Positions 9,903 to 22,313 of a stretch of 64,000 nucleotides of DNA are shown here, piece by piece (within the stretch, counting starts at the first letter, position 1; each line of letters begins with the position of its first letter). Below the pieces are notes generated by a model that saw nothing but the letters and a program-made list of their open reading frames with translations, had not been told where the DNA came from and did no database searches. The position numbers and the translations under genes are program-made. The DNA is from Bacteroidales bacterium (GTDB taxonomy: Bacteria > Bacteroidota > Bacteroidia > Bacteroidales > SZUA-534). The stretch covers positions 26,882 through 90,881 of the forward strand of contig JAZUEN010000033.1 in assembly GCA_045640185.1 (NCBI GenBank), read 5' to 3'.

Positions 9903-10595
9903 ATGGCAAAGCTAACAAAGAACAGAAAATTAGTGGCAGGCAAAATTGAACCAGAAAAGGTTTATACTTTGTCTGAAGCTGCGCATTTGGTAAAAGAGGT
10001 TACAACCACAAAGTTTGATGCTTCTGTCGACATCGATGTCCGTTTGGGTGTCGATCCTCGTAAAGCTAATCAAATGGTACGTGGTGTCGTTTCTTTACCT
10101 CACGGTACAGGTAAACAAACTAGAGTCTTGGTGTTGTGTACACCAGACAAAGAGGCTGAAGCAAAAGCAGCAGGAGCCGATTTCGTCGGTCTCGATGAAT
10201 ATATCGAGAAGATTAAGGCTGGCTGGACTGACGTGGATGTCATCATAACAATGCCTTCAATAATGGCAAAGGTTGGTGCTCTTGGTCGTGTCCTTGGTCC
10301 TCGTGGTTTGATGCCTAATCCGAAAAGTGGTACGGTTACCATGGAAATTGGTTCAGCTGTTAAAGAAGTAAAGCAAGGTAAGATCGATTTCAAAGTCGAT
10401 AAATTCGGTATTATTCATGCTGGTATAGGTAAGGTTTCTTTCACACCAGAAGCTATTCTTGAAAATGCTCAGGAAATGCTTAATACCATTATCAAACTGA
10501 AACCTTCTACAGCTAAGGGTACTTATATTAAGAGTATCGGCTTATCAAGCACCATGAGCCCTGGTATTCCAATTGATGTTAAATCAGTAGAATAA
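9903..10595 (+). CDS. rplA: 50S ribosomal protein uL1
   Basis: 230 aa. Contains the canonical [13 protein letters not shown] motif. Confidence 0.97.
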   Translation: MAKLTKNRKLVAGKIEPEKVYTLSEAAHLVKEVTTTKFDASVDIDVRLGVDPRKANQMVRGVVSLPHGTGKQTRVLVLCTPDKEAEAKAAGADFVGLDEYIEKIKAGWTDVDVIITMPSIMAKVGALGRVLGPRGLMPNPKSGTVTMEIGSAVKEVKQGKIDFKVDKFGIIHAGIGKVSFTPEAILENAQEMLNTIIKLKPSTAKGTYIKSIGLSSTMSPGIPIDVKSVE

Positions 10596-10606
10596 AAATT
10601 AGAGTT

Positions 10607-11122
10607 ATGAGGCGCGAAGATAAGGCTGTTATAATTGACAATTTGGCCACCCGTCTGAAAGAGGCAAGCCACTTCTATTTGACTGATATTTCTGATTTGA
10701 ATGCAGAGCAAACCAGTCAATTGAGAAGGAAATGCTTCGAGAAGGACATCGAGTTGGTTGTTGTCAAGAATACCCTGCTTAGAAAAGCAATGGAAAAAAC
10801 AGGCACTGACTTTTCTGAAATGTTTAGTGAGCTTAAGGGTGCCACTTCTATCATGTTTACTGAGATCGGCAACGTTCCTGGTAAATTGATCAAGGAGTTC
10901 AGGGCAAAAGGTGACAAACCTGTCCTTAAGGCAGCTTACGTTGAAGAATCGTTCTATATCGGAGATAATCAACTTGATGCTTTGGTTAACGTTAAATCGA
11001 AGAACGAACTTATCGCCGATGTTATTGCCTTGTTGCAATCGCCTGCTAAGAACGTTGTTTCTGCTCTTCAATCGAGTGGACAAAGTTTGTCAGGTATCTT
11101 AAAAACATTATCAGAGAAATAA
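10607..11122 (+). CDS. rplJ: 50S ribosomal protein uL10
   Basis: 171 aa, positioned between rplA and rplL. Confidence 0.95.
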   Translation: MRREDKAVIIDNLATRLKEASHFYLTDISDLNAEQTSQLRRKCFEKDIELVVVKNTLLRKAMEKTGTDFSEMFSELKGATSIMFTEIGNVPGKLIKEFRAKGDKPVLKAAYVEESFYIGDNQLDALVNVKSKNELIADVIALLQSPAKNVVSALQSSGQSLSGILKTLSEK

Positions 11123-11157
11123 ACATTTTTGTAAACACTTATTAAAAATAGATTAAA

Positions 11158-11535
11158 ATGGCAGATTTGAAAAAATTTGCAGAAGAGTTGGTAAACTTGA
11201 CTGTAAAAGAGGTAAATGAGTTGGCTGCAATACTTAAAGACGAATATGGTATTGAACCTGCTGCTGCCGCTGTTGCTGTTGCTGCTCCAGCTGCTGGAGC
11301 TGGTGAAGCTGCCGCTGCAGAGAAGACTGAGTTTGACGTAATCCTTAAGTCAGCTGGTGCACAAAAACTTCAAGTTGTTAAGTTGGTAAAAGAACTTACT
11401 GGACTTGGCTTGAAAGAAGCAAAAGACCTAGTTGATGGCGCTCCAAAAGAACTTAAGAACGGCGCATCTAAGGAAGAAGCTGAATCACTAAAAGCTAAAT
11501 TGGAAGAGGCTGGAGCTGAAGTTGAGCTTAAATAA
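11158..11535 (+). CDS. rplL: 50S ribosomal protein bL12 (L7/L12)
   Basis: 125 aa with an Ala-rich hinge and a C-terminal [22 protein letters not shown]. Confidence 0.97.
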   Translation: MADLKKFAEELVNLTVKEVNELAAILKDEYGIEPAAAAVAVAAPAAGAGEAAAAEKTEFDVILKSAGAQKLQVVKLVKELTGLGLKEAKDLVDGAPKELKNGASKEEAESLKAKLEEAGAEVELK

Positions 11536-11560
11536 GATTCCATATTAGGATAAGGAATGA

Positions 11561-11596
11561 GGTTTAGTGTTAGTGTCCCTAACACTAAGCCTTTTT
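11561..11596 (+). terminator. rplL-rpoB intergenic attenuator/terminator hairpin
   Basis: 13-bp stem GGTTTAGTGTTAG/CTAACACTAAGCC, a 5-nt loop and a TTTTT tail. The position matches the known partial terminator in rplJL-rpoBC operons. Confidence 0.65.
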
Positions 11597-11631
11597 GTTG
11601 TTATTTTTAAGTTCACTTTATTTTAAAGATT

Positions 11632-14600
11632 ATGGCTTCAACTGGTTATCAAGAGAGATTAAGCTTTGCGTCAAATAAAAATCAATTGGAATATCCTGAC
11701 TTTTTGGAGATCCAATTGAAATCATTTAACGATTTTTTTAACATTAATACAACGCCTGATCAACGTAAGAACGAAGGCTTGTATGAGGTGTTTACTGAGA
11801 ATTTCCCTATTTCAGACACCAGAAACAATTTCGTCCTAGAGTTTTTGGATTACAATATCGATCCTCCACGCTATACCATTGATGAGTGTATAGAAAGAGG
11901 TCTTACATACAGCATTCCTCTTAAGGCTAAATTGAGATTGTACTGCACTGATCCAGAACATGAGGATTTTGATACAGTCGTACAAGATGTTTATTTGGGA
12001 ACCATTCCTTACATGACTCCTCGTGGTACGTTTGTCATCAACGGCGCTGAGCGTGTCATTGTTTCTCAATTACACCGTTCTCCAGGTGTGTTCTTTGGTC
12101 AAAGCATCCATGCAAACGGCACTAAATTGTATTCTGCCCGTATTATCCCATTTAAGGGCTCATGGATTGAGTTCGCTACCGACATCAACAATGTCATGTA
12201 TGCCTACATCGACCGTAAAAAGAAATTGCCAGTAACTACATTGTTGCGTGCAATAGGTTATGAAAGTGACCGTAGCATTTTGGAGATATTTGATCTAGCA
12301 GATGAAGTCAAAGTTTCAAAGGCCGGCTTGAAGAAAGTCATCGGTCGTCGTCTTGCAGCCCGTGTTTTGAAGACTTGGGTTGAAGATTTCGTTGACGAGG
12401 ATACCGGCGAGGTTGTTTCAATCGAACGTAATGAAGTAATCGTCGATCGTGAGACAATTCTTGAGAATGAGCATATCGATGCTATCGTCGATTCTGGTGC
12501 CAAGACAATCCTTTTGCACAAGGAAAATGTCAACTTGGCTGAATTCGGTATCATATACAATACATTGCAGAAAGACCCTTGCAACTCGGAAAAGGAAGCA
12601 GTTCTGTATATCTATAGGCAATTGCGAAATGCAGAACCACCTGACGAGGCAACTGCTCGCGACGTCATTGACAAGCTGTTCTTCTCCGACAAGCGTTATG
12701 ATTTAGGAGAAGTAGGCCGTTTCCGTATCAATAGGAAGCTGAACCTTTCTATCGACATGAACGTCAGGGTCTTGACTAAAGAAGACATTATTGAAATCAT
12801 TAAATATCTGATAGAGCTTATTAACAGCAAGGCCGATGTCGATGATATTGACCACTTGAGTAATAGGCGTGTCCGTACCGTAGGTGAACAATTGCAAAAC
12901 CAGTTTGGTGTTGGATTGGCACGTATGGCAAGAACTATCAAAGAAAGAATGAATGTTCGCGACAATGAAGTATTCACGCCAGTTGACTTGATCAACTCAA
13001 AGACATTGTCTAGCGTTATCAATTCGTTCTTTGGCACAAATGCCTTGTCTCAATTTATGGACCAAACCAACCCATTGGCAGAATTGACACACAAGCGTCG
13101 TATGTCAGCCTTAGGCCCTGGTGGCTTGTCTAGAGAGAGAGCTGGCTTCGAGGTTCGTGACGTGCATTACACGCATTACGGACGTTTGTGCCCAATCGAA
13201 ACACCAGAAGGACCAAACATCGGTTTGATTTCTTCATTATGTGTGTTTGCGAAGGTTAACAAATTAGGTTTTATAGAAACTCCTTATCGTAAGGTTGACA
13301 ATGGCAAGGTTAACTTAAACAATGACGAGGTCGTTTATTTGACAGCAGAAGATGAAGAAGGAAAAATCATCGCTCAGGCAAATGAGCCTTTGGATGAAAC
13401 CGGATGCTTTAGAGATGCCAAAGTAAAGACTCGTTTGGAGGCTGATTTCCCTCTTACCGACAAGAATGAGGTTGACATGATGGATGTCGCTCCAAATCAG
13501 ATTTCGTCAATAGCTGCGTCTTTGATTCCGTTCTTGGAGCACGATGATGCCAACCGTGCCTTGATGGGATCAAACATGATGCGACAGGCAGTTCCTTTGT
13601 TGCATTCAGAGTCGCCTATTGTTGGTACAGGCATTGAGAAAAAGGTTGCAGAGGATTCTCGCAACATGATTAGTGCTGAAGGTGATGGAGTGGTTGAATA
13701 TGTTGATGCAGAAGAGATAGTCATACGTTATGACAGAACAGATGCACAGCGGTTTGTTAGTTTCGACGATGATACTGTTCGCTACAAGCTGACGAAATTC
13801 CAGAAGACCAACCAAAGCATGTGTATCAACCAGCGTCCTATTGTATCAAAGGGTGACAAGGTTAAGAAAGGCACTGTTTTGACCGAAGGTTATGCAACCC
13901 AAGGTGGTGAACTTGCATTGGGCCGCAACTTGAAGGTCGCATTCATGCCTTGGAAGGGATATAACTTTGAGGATGCCATCGTTCTTTCTGAGCGCGTTGT
14001 CAGAGAAGACTTGTTCACTTCACTTCATATCGACGAATATATGTTGGAAGTTCGCGATACCAAACGAGGCATGGAGGAACTTACTTCTGATATTCCTAAC
14101 GTAAGTGAAGATGCAACCCGTAATTTGGACGACAATGGCTTGATCCGCATAGGTGCACACGTGCTTCCTGGTGATATCCTCATTGGCAAGATTACTCCAA
14201 AGGGAGAATCAGATCCTTCTCCAGAGGAAAAGTTGTTGCGTGCAATATTCGGCGACAAGGCTGGTGATGTAAAAGATGCATCATTGAAGGCTTCTCCATC
14301 GTTGACAGGTGTTGTTATCGACAAGAAGCTATTCTCTCGTCTTGTCAAGAACAAACAGCTTAAAACAGCTGAAAAGCCATTGCTGCAGAAGATAGAAGAA
14401 GAAAGACAGCAACGTCTTGCTGAGTTGAAGACTCGTTTGGTCGAGAAGTTGTTCTCTATAGTAAATGGTAAGGTATCGCAAGGTGTCAAGGACTTGTATG
14501 GTTCTGATATAATTACAAAAGGAACCAAGTTCTCGCAGAAGATGCTTCTCGAAGTTGATTACTTGAATGTAAATCCAAGCAAGTGGACAACAGATAAGGA

Positions 14601-15444
14601 TAAGAATGACACTATAGCAGAACTTTTGCATAATTACTCTATAAAGAATCGTGAAATTGAAGGTGATATAAAACGTAAAGTCTTCAACATTTCAGTAGGA
14701 GATGAACTACCAAACGGCATTGTCCAATTGGCAAAAGTCTATATCGCACAAAAGAGAAAGATTCGCGTAGGTGATAAAATGGCAGGACGCCACGGCAACA
14801 AGGGTATTGTTGCAAGAGTGGTTCGTGATGAAGATATGCCATTCTTGGAAGATGGAACATTGGTAGACATCGTACTAAACCCATTGGGTGTGCCTTCACG
14901 TATGAACTTGGGCCAGATTTATGAAACCGTTCTTGGATGGGCAGGCCGTGAATTGGGTCTGAAGTTTGCAACACCAATTTTCGATGGCGCCACTTTGGAA
15001 GAAATCACTGAATTGACAAATAAGGCAGGTGTTCCAGAATTCGGACGTACTTATTTGTATGACGGCGGAACTGGCGAGCGTTTCCATCAACCGGCAACAG
15101 TTGGTGTGATTTACATGCTTAAGTTGGGCCACATGGTCGATGACAAGATGCATGCAAGATCTATAGGCCCATACTCATTGATTACGCAACAACCTCTTGG
15201 AGGTAAGGCACAATTCGGTGGTCAGCGTTTTGGTGAGATGGAAGTCTGGGCTCTAGAGGCATTTGGCGCAGCCAATGTCTTGCAGGAGATCTTGACAGTC
15301 AAGTCAGATGACGTAATGGGAAGAGCAAAAGCTTACGAGGCAATTGTCAAAGGTGAGCCAATGCCAACTCCAGGTATTCCAGAGTCACTCAACGTGTTGT
15401 TGCATGAATTGCGTGGCTTAGGCTTGAGCATTAATTTAGAGTAA
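11632..15444 (+). CDS. rpoB: DNA-directed RNA polymerase subunit beta
   Basis: 1270 aa with canonical beta-subunit motifs. Confidence 0.98.
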   Translation: MASTGYQERLSFASNKNQLEYPDFLEIQLKSFNDFFNINTTPDQRKNEGLYEVFTENFPISDTRNNFVLEFLDYNIDPPRYTIDECIERGLTYSIPLKAKLRLYCTDPEHEDFDTVVQDVYLGTIPYMTPRGTFVINGAERVIVSQLHRSPGVFFGQSIHANGTKLYSARIIPFKGSWIEFATDINNVMYAYIDRKKKLPVTTLLRAIGYESDRSILEIFDLADEVKVSKAGLKKVIGRRLAARVLKTWVEDFVDEDTGEVVSIERNEVIVDRETILENEHIDAIVDSGAKTILLHKENVNLAEFGIIYNTLQKDPCNSEKEAVLYIYRQLRNAEPPDEATARDVIDKLFFSDKRYDLGEVGRFRINRKLNLSIDMNVRVLTKEDIIEIIKYLIELINSKADVDDIDHLSNRRVRTVGEQLQNQFGVGLARMARTIKERMNVRDNEVFTPVDLINSKTLSSVINSFFGTNALSQFMDQTNPLAELTHKRRMSALGPGGLSRERAGFEVRDVHYTHYGRLCPIETPEGPNIGLISSLCVFAKVNKLGFIETPYRKVDNGKVNLNNDEVVYLTAEDEEGKIIAQANEPLDETGCFRDAKVKTRLEADFPLTDKNEVDMMDVAPNQISSIAASLIPFLEHDDANRALMGSNMMRQAVPLLHSESPIVGTGIEKKVAEDSRNMISAEGDGVVEYVDAEEIVIRYDRTDAQRFVSFDDDTVRYKLTKFQKTNQSMCINQRPIVSKGDKVKKGTVLTEGYATQGGELALGRNLKVAFMPWKGYNFEDAIVLSERVVREDLFTSLHIDEYMLEVRDTKRGMEELTSDIPNVSEDATRNLDDNGLIRIGAHVLPGDILIGKITPKGESDPSPEEKLLRAIFGDKAGDVKDASLKASPSLTGVVIDKKLFSRLVKNKQLKTAEKPLLQKIEEERQQRLAELKTRLVEKLFSIVNGKVSQGVKDLYGSDIITKGTKFSQKMLLEVDYLNVNPSKWTTDKDKNDTIAELLHNYSIKNREIEGDIKRKVFNISVGDELPNGIVQLAKVYIAQKRKIRVGDKMAGRHGNKGIVARVVRDEDMPFLEDGTLVDIVLNPLGVPSRMNLGQIYETVLGWAGRELGLKFATPIFDGATLEEITELTNKAGVPEFGRTYLYDGGTGERFHQPATVGVIYMLKLGHMVDDKMHARSIGPYSLITQQPLGGKAQFGGQRFGEMEVWALEAFGAANVLQEILTVKSDDVMGRAKAYEAIVKGEPMPTPGIPESLNVLLHELRGLGLSINLE

Positions 15445-15507
15445 ACAAAACGATAGGTATGGCTTAACGGCCATACCATCTTTATAATCTTCTTAAAATT
15501 TCCATCT

Positions 15508-18500
15508 ATGGCATTTAGAAAGGAAACCAAAACAAAAAGCGAGTTCTCGCACATAACAATTGGCTTAGCTTCGCCAGAAGAAATTCTTGAACGTTCGAGT
15601 GGTGAGGTCTTGAAGCCAGAAACAATCAATTATCGTACATACAAGCCAGAACGTGACGGTTTGTTTTGTGAGCGCATTTTTGGACCAACAAAAGATTACG
15701 AGTGCCACTGCGGTAAGTACAAACGCATCAGATACAAAGGCATAGTATGCGACCGGTGCGGTGTAGAGGTGACTGAAAAGAAAGTACGTCGTGAGCGTAT
15801 GGGACACATTCAATTGGTGGTTCCTGTTGCTCATATTTGGTATTTCAAGTCATTGCCAAACAAGATCGGTTATTTGTTGGGCTTGCCGACAAAGAAACTC
15901 GATATGGTTGTTTACTATGAAAGATATATCGTAATACAAGCAGGTCCTTTGGCAGAACAAGGCATCAACGACTTGGACCTTTTGACAGAAGAGGAGTATC
16001 TCGACTGGATGGAAAAATTGCCAAAAGACAACCAATATCTTGAAGACACAGATCCTAATAAGTTCATTGCAAAGATGGGTGCAGACGCAATCTACGATTT
16101 GCTTGCAAAACTCAATCTAGATGAATTGTCTTACGATTTGCGTCATAAGGCTGATACCGAGACATCTCAACAACGTAAAGGTGAAGCTTTGAAACGTCTT
16201 CAGGTCGTTGAGTCGTTCCGCGCATCACAAGGTAAAAATCATCCAGAATGGATGATCCTTAAGGTTATACCAGTCATTCCTCCAGAGTTGCGTCCATTGG
16301 TTCCACTTGATGGAGGCCGTTTTGCAACTTCTGACTTGAATGACCTGTATCGTCGTGTAATCATCCGTAACAACCGTCTGAAAAGACTTATAGAAATAAA
16401 GGCACCTGAAGTAATTCTCCGAAACGAGAAGCGTATGCTTCAGGAGGCTGTCGATTCATTGTTCGACAACTCACGCAAGTCAAATGCTGTGAAGACAGAA
16501 AACAACCGTGCACTGAAATCATTGAGCGATAGCTTGAAAGGAAAGCAAGGTCGTTTCCGCCAGAATTTGCTTGGTAAACGTGTCGACTATTCTGCTCGTT
16601 CAGTAATTGTTGTCGGACCTGAATTGAAAATGCACGAATGCGGTCTTCCAAAAGACATGGCGGCCGAGCTTTACAAACCATTTGTCATTCGCAAACTGAT
16701 TGAACGTGGTATTGTCAAGACAGTCAAGTCTGCAAAGAAGATTGTTGACCGTAAGGATCCTGTAGTTTGGGACATCTTGGAGAACGTAATCAAAGGACAC
16801 CCAGTTCTATTGAACCGTGCCCCGACCTTGCACCGTCTAGGCATTCAGGCATTCCAGCCAAAACTTATTGAAGGTAAGGCTATTCAGTTGCATCCACTTG
16901 CTTGTACCGCGTTCAACGCCGACTTCGACGGTGACCAGATGGCCGTTCACTTGCCACTTGGCAATGCTGCAGTATTGGAAGCACAATTATTGATGCTCGG
17001 TTCACACAATATCTTGAACCCTGCCAATGGCGCTCCAATCACAGTGCCTTCTCAGGACATGGTCTTGGGCTTGTACTATATTACCAAGGCTCGCAAGGGC
17101 GTTCCAGGTGAAGGTATTACATTCTATTCTCCAGAGGAAGTCACTATTGCATACAACGAAAAGAAAGTTGACTTGCACGCGACTATTAAGGTCAGGACAA
17201 AGGACCTTGTTGACGGTGAAGTTAAGGACACAATTCTGGAAACCACCGTTGGCCGTGTAATTGTAAACCAATTTGTGCCTGTTGAAGTTGGCTTCATTAA
17301 CGAAGTCTTGACAAAGAAGTCACTACGTGACATAATCGGCAAGGTCTACAAAGCTTGCGGTACTGCCACTACAGCACAGTTCCTTGATGATATCAAGAAC
17401 CTTGGTTACCGTATGGCATTTGAGGGTGGTCTGTCCTTCAACCTGGGCGACGTCATCATTCCTTCTGAGAAGAGCGAGCTTGTCAGCGAAGGCTACAATC
17501 AAGTTGACGAGGTGATGAACAACTATAATATGGGTTTCATTACCAACAACGAACGTTATAACCAGATTATCGATATTTGGACACACGTCAATGCAAAATT
17601 GACTCAAATTTTGATGAAACAATTGAGTTCAGATAATCAAGGCTTCAATTCAGTATATATGATGCTTGACTCTGGAGCCCGTGGTTCTAAGGAACAGATT
17701 CGTCAGCTTTGCGGCATGCGTGGTTTGATGGCAAAACCTCAGAAATCAGGTGCAGAAGGTGGCCAGATTATTGAAAACCCAATTCTTGCCAACTTTAAGG
17801 AAGGCTTGTCAGTATTGGAATACTTTATTTCAACACACGGTGCTCGTAAGGGTTTGGCCGATACCGCACTTAAGACTGCCGATGCAGGTTATTTGACTCG
17901 TCGTTTGGTTGACGTGTCAAATGATGTCATCATTAATGAAGAGGACTGCGGTACTTTGCGTGGTCTGGTCGCTACAGCACTGAAGAAGAACGAAGATGTA
18001 GTCGAGTCTTTGTATGAAAGGATTCTAGGTCGTACATCGGTTCACGATATATATCATCCTATCACAGGCGAATTGATCATCAAGGCAGGTGAGGAATTCA
18101 CTGAGGAGATTGCCCAAATAATCGAGGATTCGCCAATTGAACAAGTTGAAATGCGTTCAGTATTGACTTGCGAGTCGAAGAATGGTGTTTGTGCAAAATG
18201 CTACGGACGTAACTTGTCTAATAGCCGAATGGTTCAGATAGGTGAGGCTGTAGGTGTCATTGCCGCACAGTCAATCGGTGAGCCAGGTACTCAGTTGACA
18301 TTGCGTACATTCCACGTCGGTGGTACAGCAGGCAACATCGCATCTGATTCAAGTCTGACCGCAAGTTACGATGGTCGCGTTGAGTTTGAGGAACTTCGTT
18401 CAATCGGTTATAAGGATGAAAATGCTGGGGACATCGAAATTGTAGTAGGTCGTTTGGCTGAAATGAAATTGATCGATGTCAACACTGGTCTTGTAATATC

Positions 18501-19788
18501 GAATCACTCAATACCTTACGGTTCTAAGCTATTCGTAAAGAACGGTACTGTAGTTAAGAAGGGAACCTTGATTTGCGAATGGGATGCCTACAATGCTGTA
18601 ATTATTTCAGAAGTAGGTGGTAAGGGTGAATTTGTCAACCTTGAAGAAGGTGTCACTTATCGTGAGGAATCAGATGAGGCAACAGGCTTTGCAGAAAAGG
18701 TTGTCATTGAATCTCGTGATAAGACCAAGAACCCAGCCATTTCAATCAAGAACGCCTCTGGTGAAGAAATAAAATCATACAACATCCCAGTAGGAGCCCA
18801 TATCGTAATTGCAGAAAACGAGGAAATCAAACAAGGTCAAGTGATCGTCAAGATACCAAGATCTGTTGGTAAGGCAGGCGATATTACTGGTGGTCTTCCA
18901 CGTGTCACTGAATTGTTCGAGGCACGTAATCCGTCGAATCCGGCAGTCGTTGCCGAAATTGATGGTGAAGTCACCTATGGAAAAATCAAGCGTGGTAACC
19001 GTGAAATTGTCATCACATCCAAGACTGGTGAAGAAAGAAAATATCTTGTTCCACTGTCGAAGCAGATACTTGTACAGGAGAACGATTATGTGAGAGCAGG
19101 CATTCCATTGTCGGATGGTGCGATTACTCCGCAAGATATCTTGTCGATTATGGGTCCAACCAAAGTACAGGAGTACATTGTCAACGAGGTTCAGGAAGTT
19201 TATCGTCTGCAGGGTGTGAAGATTAACGACAAGCATTTTGAGGTTATCGTACGTCAAATGATGCGCAAGGTCGAAATCATCGACCCAGGTGACACTAAGT
19301 TCCTTGAAAAACAAATGGTTGACAAGAACGACTTCATGGAGGAAAATGATTGGATTTGGGATAAGAAGGTGGTTACTGATGCCGGTGATTCAGAGGAACT
19401 GAAAGCTGGTCAGATTGTAACAGCGCGTAAATTGCGTGATGAGAATTCAATCTTGAAACGTAAGGATTTGAAATTGGTTGAAGCTCGTGACGCAGTTCCG
19501 GCAACATCTAACCAAGTTCTGCAGGGTATTACACGTGCGGCATTGCAGACAAAGAGCTTTGTTTCTGCCGCATCATTCCAGGAAACCACAAAGGTACTGA
19601 ACGAAGCTGCAATTTGTGGCAAGTCAGATCCAATGGAAGGCTTGAAGGAAAATGTAATCGTAGGACACTTGATTCCTGCTGGTACAGGTATTCGTAGGTT
19701 CTCTGACCTAATTGTAGGTTCAAAGGAAGAATACGAAAACTTGACACACAAGAACAGCGTTGATGAAGATTTAGTAGTTGAAGAATAA
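15508..19788 (+). CDS. rpoC: DNA-directed RNA polymerase subunit beta'
   Basis: 1426 aa with the NADFDGD catalytic motif and an N-terminal zinc-binding Cys cluster. Confidence 0.98.
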   Translation: MAFRKETKTKSEFSHITIGLASPEEILERSSGEVLKPETINYRTYKPERDGLFCERIFGPTKDYECHCGKYKRIRYKGIVCDRCGVEVTEKKVRRERMGHIQLVVPVAHIWYFKSLPNKIGYLLGLPTKKLDMVVYYERYIVIQAGPLAEQGINDLDLLTEEEYLDWMEKLPKDNQYLEDTDPNKFIAKMGADAIYDLLAKLNLDELSYDLRHKADTETSQQRKGEALKRLQVVESFRASQGKNHPEWMILKVIPVIPPELRPLVPLDGGRFATSDLNDLYRRVIIRNNRLKRLIEIKAPEVILRNEKRMLQEAVDSLFDNSRKSNAVKTENNRALKSLSDSLKGKQGRFRQNLLGKRVDYSARSVIVVGPELKMHECGLPKDMAAELYKPFVIRKLIERGIVKTVKSAKKIVDRKDPVVWDILENVIKGHPVLLNRAPTLHRLGIQAFQPKLIEGKAIQLHPLACTAFNADFDGDQMAVHLPLGNAAVLEAQLLMLGSHNILNPANGAPITVPSQDMVLGLYYITKARKGVPGEGITFYSPEEVTIAYNEKKVDLHATIKVRTKDLVDGEVKDTILETTVGRVIVNQFVPVEVGFINEVLTKKSLRDIIGKVYKACGTATTAQFLDDIKNLGYRMAFEGGLSFNLGDVIIPSEKSELVSEGYNQVDEVMNNYNMGFITNNERYNQIIDIWTHVNAKLTQILMKQLSSDNQGFNSVYMMLDSGARGSKEQIRQLCGMRGLMAKPQKSGAEGGQIIENPILANFKEGLSVLEYFISTHGARKGLADTALKTADAGYLTRRLVDVSNDVIINEEDCGTLRGLVATALKKNEDVVESLYERILGRTSVHDIYHPITGELIIKAGEEFTEEIAQIIEDSPIEQVEMRSVLTCESKNGVCAKCYGRNLSNSRMVQIGEAVGVIAAQSIGEPGTQLTLRTFHVGGTAGNIASDSSLTASYDGRVEFEELRSIGYKDENAGDIEIVVGRLAEMKLIDVNTGLVISNHSIPYGSKLFVKNGTVVKKGTLICEWDAYNAVIISEVGGKGEFVNLEEGVTYREESDEATGFAEKVVIESRDKTKNPAISIKNASGEEIKSYNIPVGAHIVIAENEEIKQGQVIVKIPRSVGKAGDITGGLPRVTELFEARNPSNPAVVAEIDGEVTYGKIKRGNREIVITSKTGEERKYLVPLSKQILVQENDYVRAGIPLSDGAITPQDILSIMGPTKVQEYIVNEVQEVYRLQGVKINDKHFEVIVRQMMRKVEIIDPGDTKFLEKQMVDKNDFMEENDWIWDKKVVTDAGDSEELKAGQIVTARKLRDENSILKRKDLKLVEARDAVPATSNQVLQGITRAALQTKSFVSAASFQETTKVLNEAAICGKSDPMEGLKENVIVGHLIPAGTGIRRFSDLIVGSKEEYENLTHKNSVDEDLVVEE

Positions 19789-19809
19789 TCAATCTACATA
19801 TCCAAAAAT

Positions 19810-19841
19810 AAAGGTTGCCATACGGCAACCTTTATTTTTTT
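19810..19841 (+). terminator. Intrinsic terminator after rpoC
   Basis: 10-bp stem AAAGGTTGCC/GGCAACCTTT, a 4-nt loop and a T-rich tail. Confidence 0.8.
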
Positions 19842-19852
19842 GCAGGAATATG

Positions 19853-19860
19853 TATTTTTG
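19853..19860 (+). promoter_or_regulatory. -7 promoter box
   Basis: TATTTTTG, 25 nt upstream of ATG 19885. Confidence 0.5.
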
Positions 19861-19884
19861 GGAAAACTTTAAATCATAATTGAA

Positions 19885-20199
19885 ATGGAAGAACAACAAA
19901 GCAAGCAGATAAACATAGAGCTTCCTGATGATGTGGCTCAAGGCATATATTCAAATTTGGCAATAATCACACATTCCAGTTCTGAATTTGTATTGGATTT
20001 TGTACGTGTAATGCCGGGCATGCCAAAAGCTAGCGTCAAGTCACGAATAGTTCTTACACCGGAACATGCCAAGCGTTTGTTGATGGCATTGCAGGATAAT
20101 GTGGCTAAGTATGAAGCGACATTTGGCAGTATCCGCCATTCGGAAGGGCCGGCAGGAGGTTTCCCAATGAATTTTGGAACTCCAACGGCAAAGGCTTAG
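19885..20199 (+). CDS. DUF3467-like small protein
   Basis: 104 aa. The IYSNLAIITHSSSEFVLDF pattern matches the DUF3467 family commonly found after rpoC in Bacteroidota. Confidence 0.6.
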   Translation: MEEQQSKQINIELPDDVAQGIYSNLAIITHSSSEFVLDFVRVMPGMPKASVKSRIVLTPEHAKRLLMALQDNVAKYEATFGSIRHSEGPAGGFPMNFGTPTAKA

Positions 20200-20214
20200 C
20201 TATAAAATGGCAAT

Positions 20215-20254
20215 AAAAAAGTCCGCAATCCATATATGGGTTGCGGACTTTTTT
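20215..20254. terminator. Bidirectional intrinsic terminator between convergent genes
   Basis: A6 run, then stem GTCCGCAA/TTGCGGAC, then a T6 run. Confidence 0.75.
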
Positions 20255-20266
20255 ATTGCTGTATTT

Positions 20267-21145
20267 CTAGTAAACTACAATAACCAAGTATTTCGAGCTA
20301 TTCCAAAAGTTGTAGTAATTGGTTACCACCAAACTGTCAACAGGTTTTTCGCCATATATTTTGTAAGAGTCGAGTGGGTGAGCAGTAACAACTCTTGCCT
20401 TCTTCGCGCCATTAAGGTCGAATTTTGTGGTTTCGCGGATATCGATTTTTGTGAAAGCATCCTTTTCAAAGTCCTTTATCGTTTTTTTGCTTCCTACTGC
20501 GAATTTTCCTTTTTTATCTAATACACCCATATCATTGAGCTCCTTTTCCGAACCAATTACGTAGTATGCGGTGTTCAGCGCTTCGTCTTGCCCTTCGATG
20601 GTAGCTGTTTGCAATTCACTTTCATTCATCAAAGAGTCGATTGAATAGTTGAGGCCGCTAACCAAAGTGTTCAAATTGGATATTTGCAGGTTCGAGGCTT
20701 CAAGCTCTTGCGTAAGTCGTAGAATCTCAGCATCCTTTTCCTGGATTTTTTCTTCGAGTGACGCCACCAGTTTCTGTATTTCCTTGTTGTTGGCATTTGC
20801 TTTTTTCAGTTTGTTCTGCAGGTCGGCCACTTTTTCGCGGTTTTGCAACATCATGTTGTAGATCATCTGGATATCGTCATTGATCTTTTCTTCGCGACTT
20901 TGCGAGTCCTCTGTGCCGGAAACGGTTAGAGCGATAATGTTCTCTTTCTCCTTGATGGCCATAAGATTGTCCTCAATGCTGTTGAATGCGTTTGCAATTG
21001 CATATAGGGCGGAATCTTTCTTGATCACCTCTCTTTGCAGATTGTCGTTGCTTGCAAGAAGCTCTTGCTTTGACGGACCTTGTGTGCAACGCGTAAATGT
21101 CAGAGCGCATAATGCGATGGCCATAAATAGACTTGTTTTCTTCAT
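20267..21145 (-). CDS. Coiled-coil lipoprotein of unknown function
   Basis: 292 aa. Signal peptide plus lipobox (ALCALTFTRC), a long heptad-rich central region and a globular C-terminus. Confidence 0.6.
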   Translation of the reverse strand: MKKTSLFMAIALCALTFTRCTQGPSKQELLASNDNLQREVIKKDSALYAIANAFNSIEDNLMAIKEKENIIALTVSGTEDSQSREEKINDDIQMIYNMMLQNREKVADLQNKLKKANANNKEIQKLVASLEEKIQEKDAEILRLTQELEASNLQISNLNTLVSGLNYSIDSLMNESELQTATIEGQDEALNTAYYVIGSEKELNDMGVLDKKGKFAVGSKKTIKDFEKDAFTKIDIRETTKFDLNGAKKARVVTAHPLDSYKIYGEKPVDSLVVTNYYNFWNSSKYLVIVVY

Positions 21146-21201
21146 CTTTGTAAAGTTTTAGTTGTTTTGAAATATCTATAACATAGATATGAATTGATGT
21201 A

Positions 21202-21209
21202 CAAAGTTA
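21202..21209 (-). promoter_or_regulatory. -7 promoter box (minus strand)
   Basis: The plus strand reads CAAAGTTA (TAACTTTG on the minus strand), 57 nt upstream of ATG 21145. Confidence 0.4.
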
Positions 21210-21236
21210 ATAACGTTTCAGGTCGTTTGATATTGC

Positions 21237-21244
21237 TATATTTG
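21237..21244 (+). promoter_or_regulatory. -7 promoter box
   Basis: TATATTTG, 21 nt upstream of the rlmN ATG. Confidence 0.5.
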
Positions 21245-21264
21245 CGTGTTTTAATCAGAAAAAA

Positions 21265-22296
21265 ATGGAACAGCTTTTCGGGAAGACGCTTGATGAACTG
21301 AAGCAGATTGTGAAGGATTTGGGTTTGCCTGCATTTACGGCAAAGCAAATAGCAGACTGGCTATACAAGAAAGAAGTAAGATCGATAGATGAATTTTCAA
21401 ATCTGTCGAAAGTGGGCAGGGCAAAACTTCAGGAAAGATACGAGTTTGGATTAACCGAACCTATACGTATGCAGCAGAGCATTGATGGTACGCGTAAGTA
21501 TCTGTTCCCTATTTGCGGTTCGAATTTCATAGAGACGGCAATGATCCCGGATGAAGACCGTGTAACCGTTTGCGTATCGTCGCAAGTGGGGTGCAAGATG
21601 GGTTGCCGATTCTGCATGACCGGCAAGCAAGGTTTTCAGGCTAGCCTCAAATCGACAGACATACTAAACCAATTGCGCAGTATCGAGGAGTTCCCGCGCA
21701 TTACCAATATTGTGTTTATGGGCATGGGCGAACCATTTGACAATATGCAGGAGGTGCTGAAAACGTTGGAAATATTGACATCGGACTGGGGATACGCGAT
21801 GAGCCCAAAACGCATCACTGTCTCATCGGTAGGAGTTGTGCCTGGCGTAAAGGAGTTTTTGGAAAAGAGCAAATGCCATTTGGCTATCAGCCTGCACAAT
21901 CCAATTGCTGAACAACGCAAGGAGTTTATGCCAATACAGAACAAGTATCCTATTTCTGATGTGCTTGACGTTATCCGTAGCCATGATTTCGGCTTGCAAC
22001 GTCGGGTCTCGTTTGAATATATAATGTTTGCTGGCATCAACGATACGCCGCGACACGTGTCGGAACTGGCAAAATTACTGAAAGGAATCGACTGCAGAGT
22101 CAATCTTATCAGATTCCATTCCATTCCCGATACACCTTTTCAGGGAAGCGATGAGCAGACAATCCAAAGTTTCAAGGACGCACTTAATGCCCGTGGAGTG
22201 TTGACCACGGTCAGGGCCTCGCGTGGTGAGGACATTCAGGCCGCGTGTGGGCTGCTTTCCACCAAGGAGCTGGTTGAACGTAAGGGAAAATCCTGA
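21265..22296 (+). CDS. rlmN: Dual-specificity 23S rRNA/tRNA adenine-C2 methyltransferase RlmN (radical SAM)
   Basis: 343 aa with the CxxxCxxC cluster (GCKMGCRFCMTG) and a C-terminal ACGLL motif. Confidence 0.9.
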   Translation: MEQLFGKTLDELKQIVKDLGLPAFTAKQIADWLYKKEVRSIDEFSNLSKVGRAKLQERYEFGLTEPIRMQQSIDGTRKYLFPICGSNFIETAMIPDEDRVTVCVSSQVGCKMGCRFCMTGKQGFQASLKSTDILNQLRSIEEFPRITNIVFMGMGEPFDNMQEVLKTLEILTSDWGYAMSPKRITVSSVGVVPGVKEFLEKSKCHLAISLHNPIAEQRKEFMPIQNKYPISDVLDVIRSHDFGLQRRVSFEYIMFAGINDTPRHVSELAKLLKGIDCRVNLIRFHSIPDTPFQGSDEQTIQSFKDALNARGVLTTVRASRGEDIQAACGLLSTKELVERKGKS

Positions 22297-22313
22297 TTAC
22301 AGGCAATTCCCAT

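Noticed and set aside
11257-11325. A GCT/GCC/GCA-rich near-repetitive stretch.
   Set aside because: It encodes the Ala-rich flexible hinge of ribosomal protein bL12 ([21 protein letters not shown]). It is a normal feature of rplL, not a repeat element.
22297-22313. Convergent rlmN and tcdA genes separated by only 17 nt with no terminator hairpin.
   Set aside because: This is a real observation but unremarkable. Short convergent gaps without intrinsic terminators are common, and I see no additional signal to interpret.
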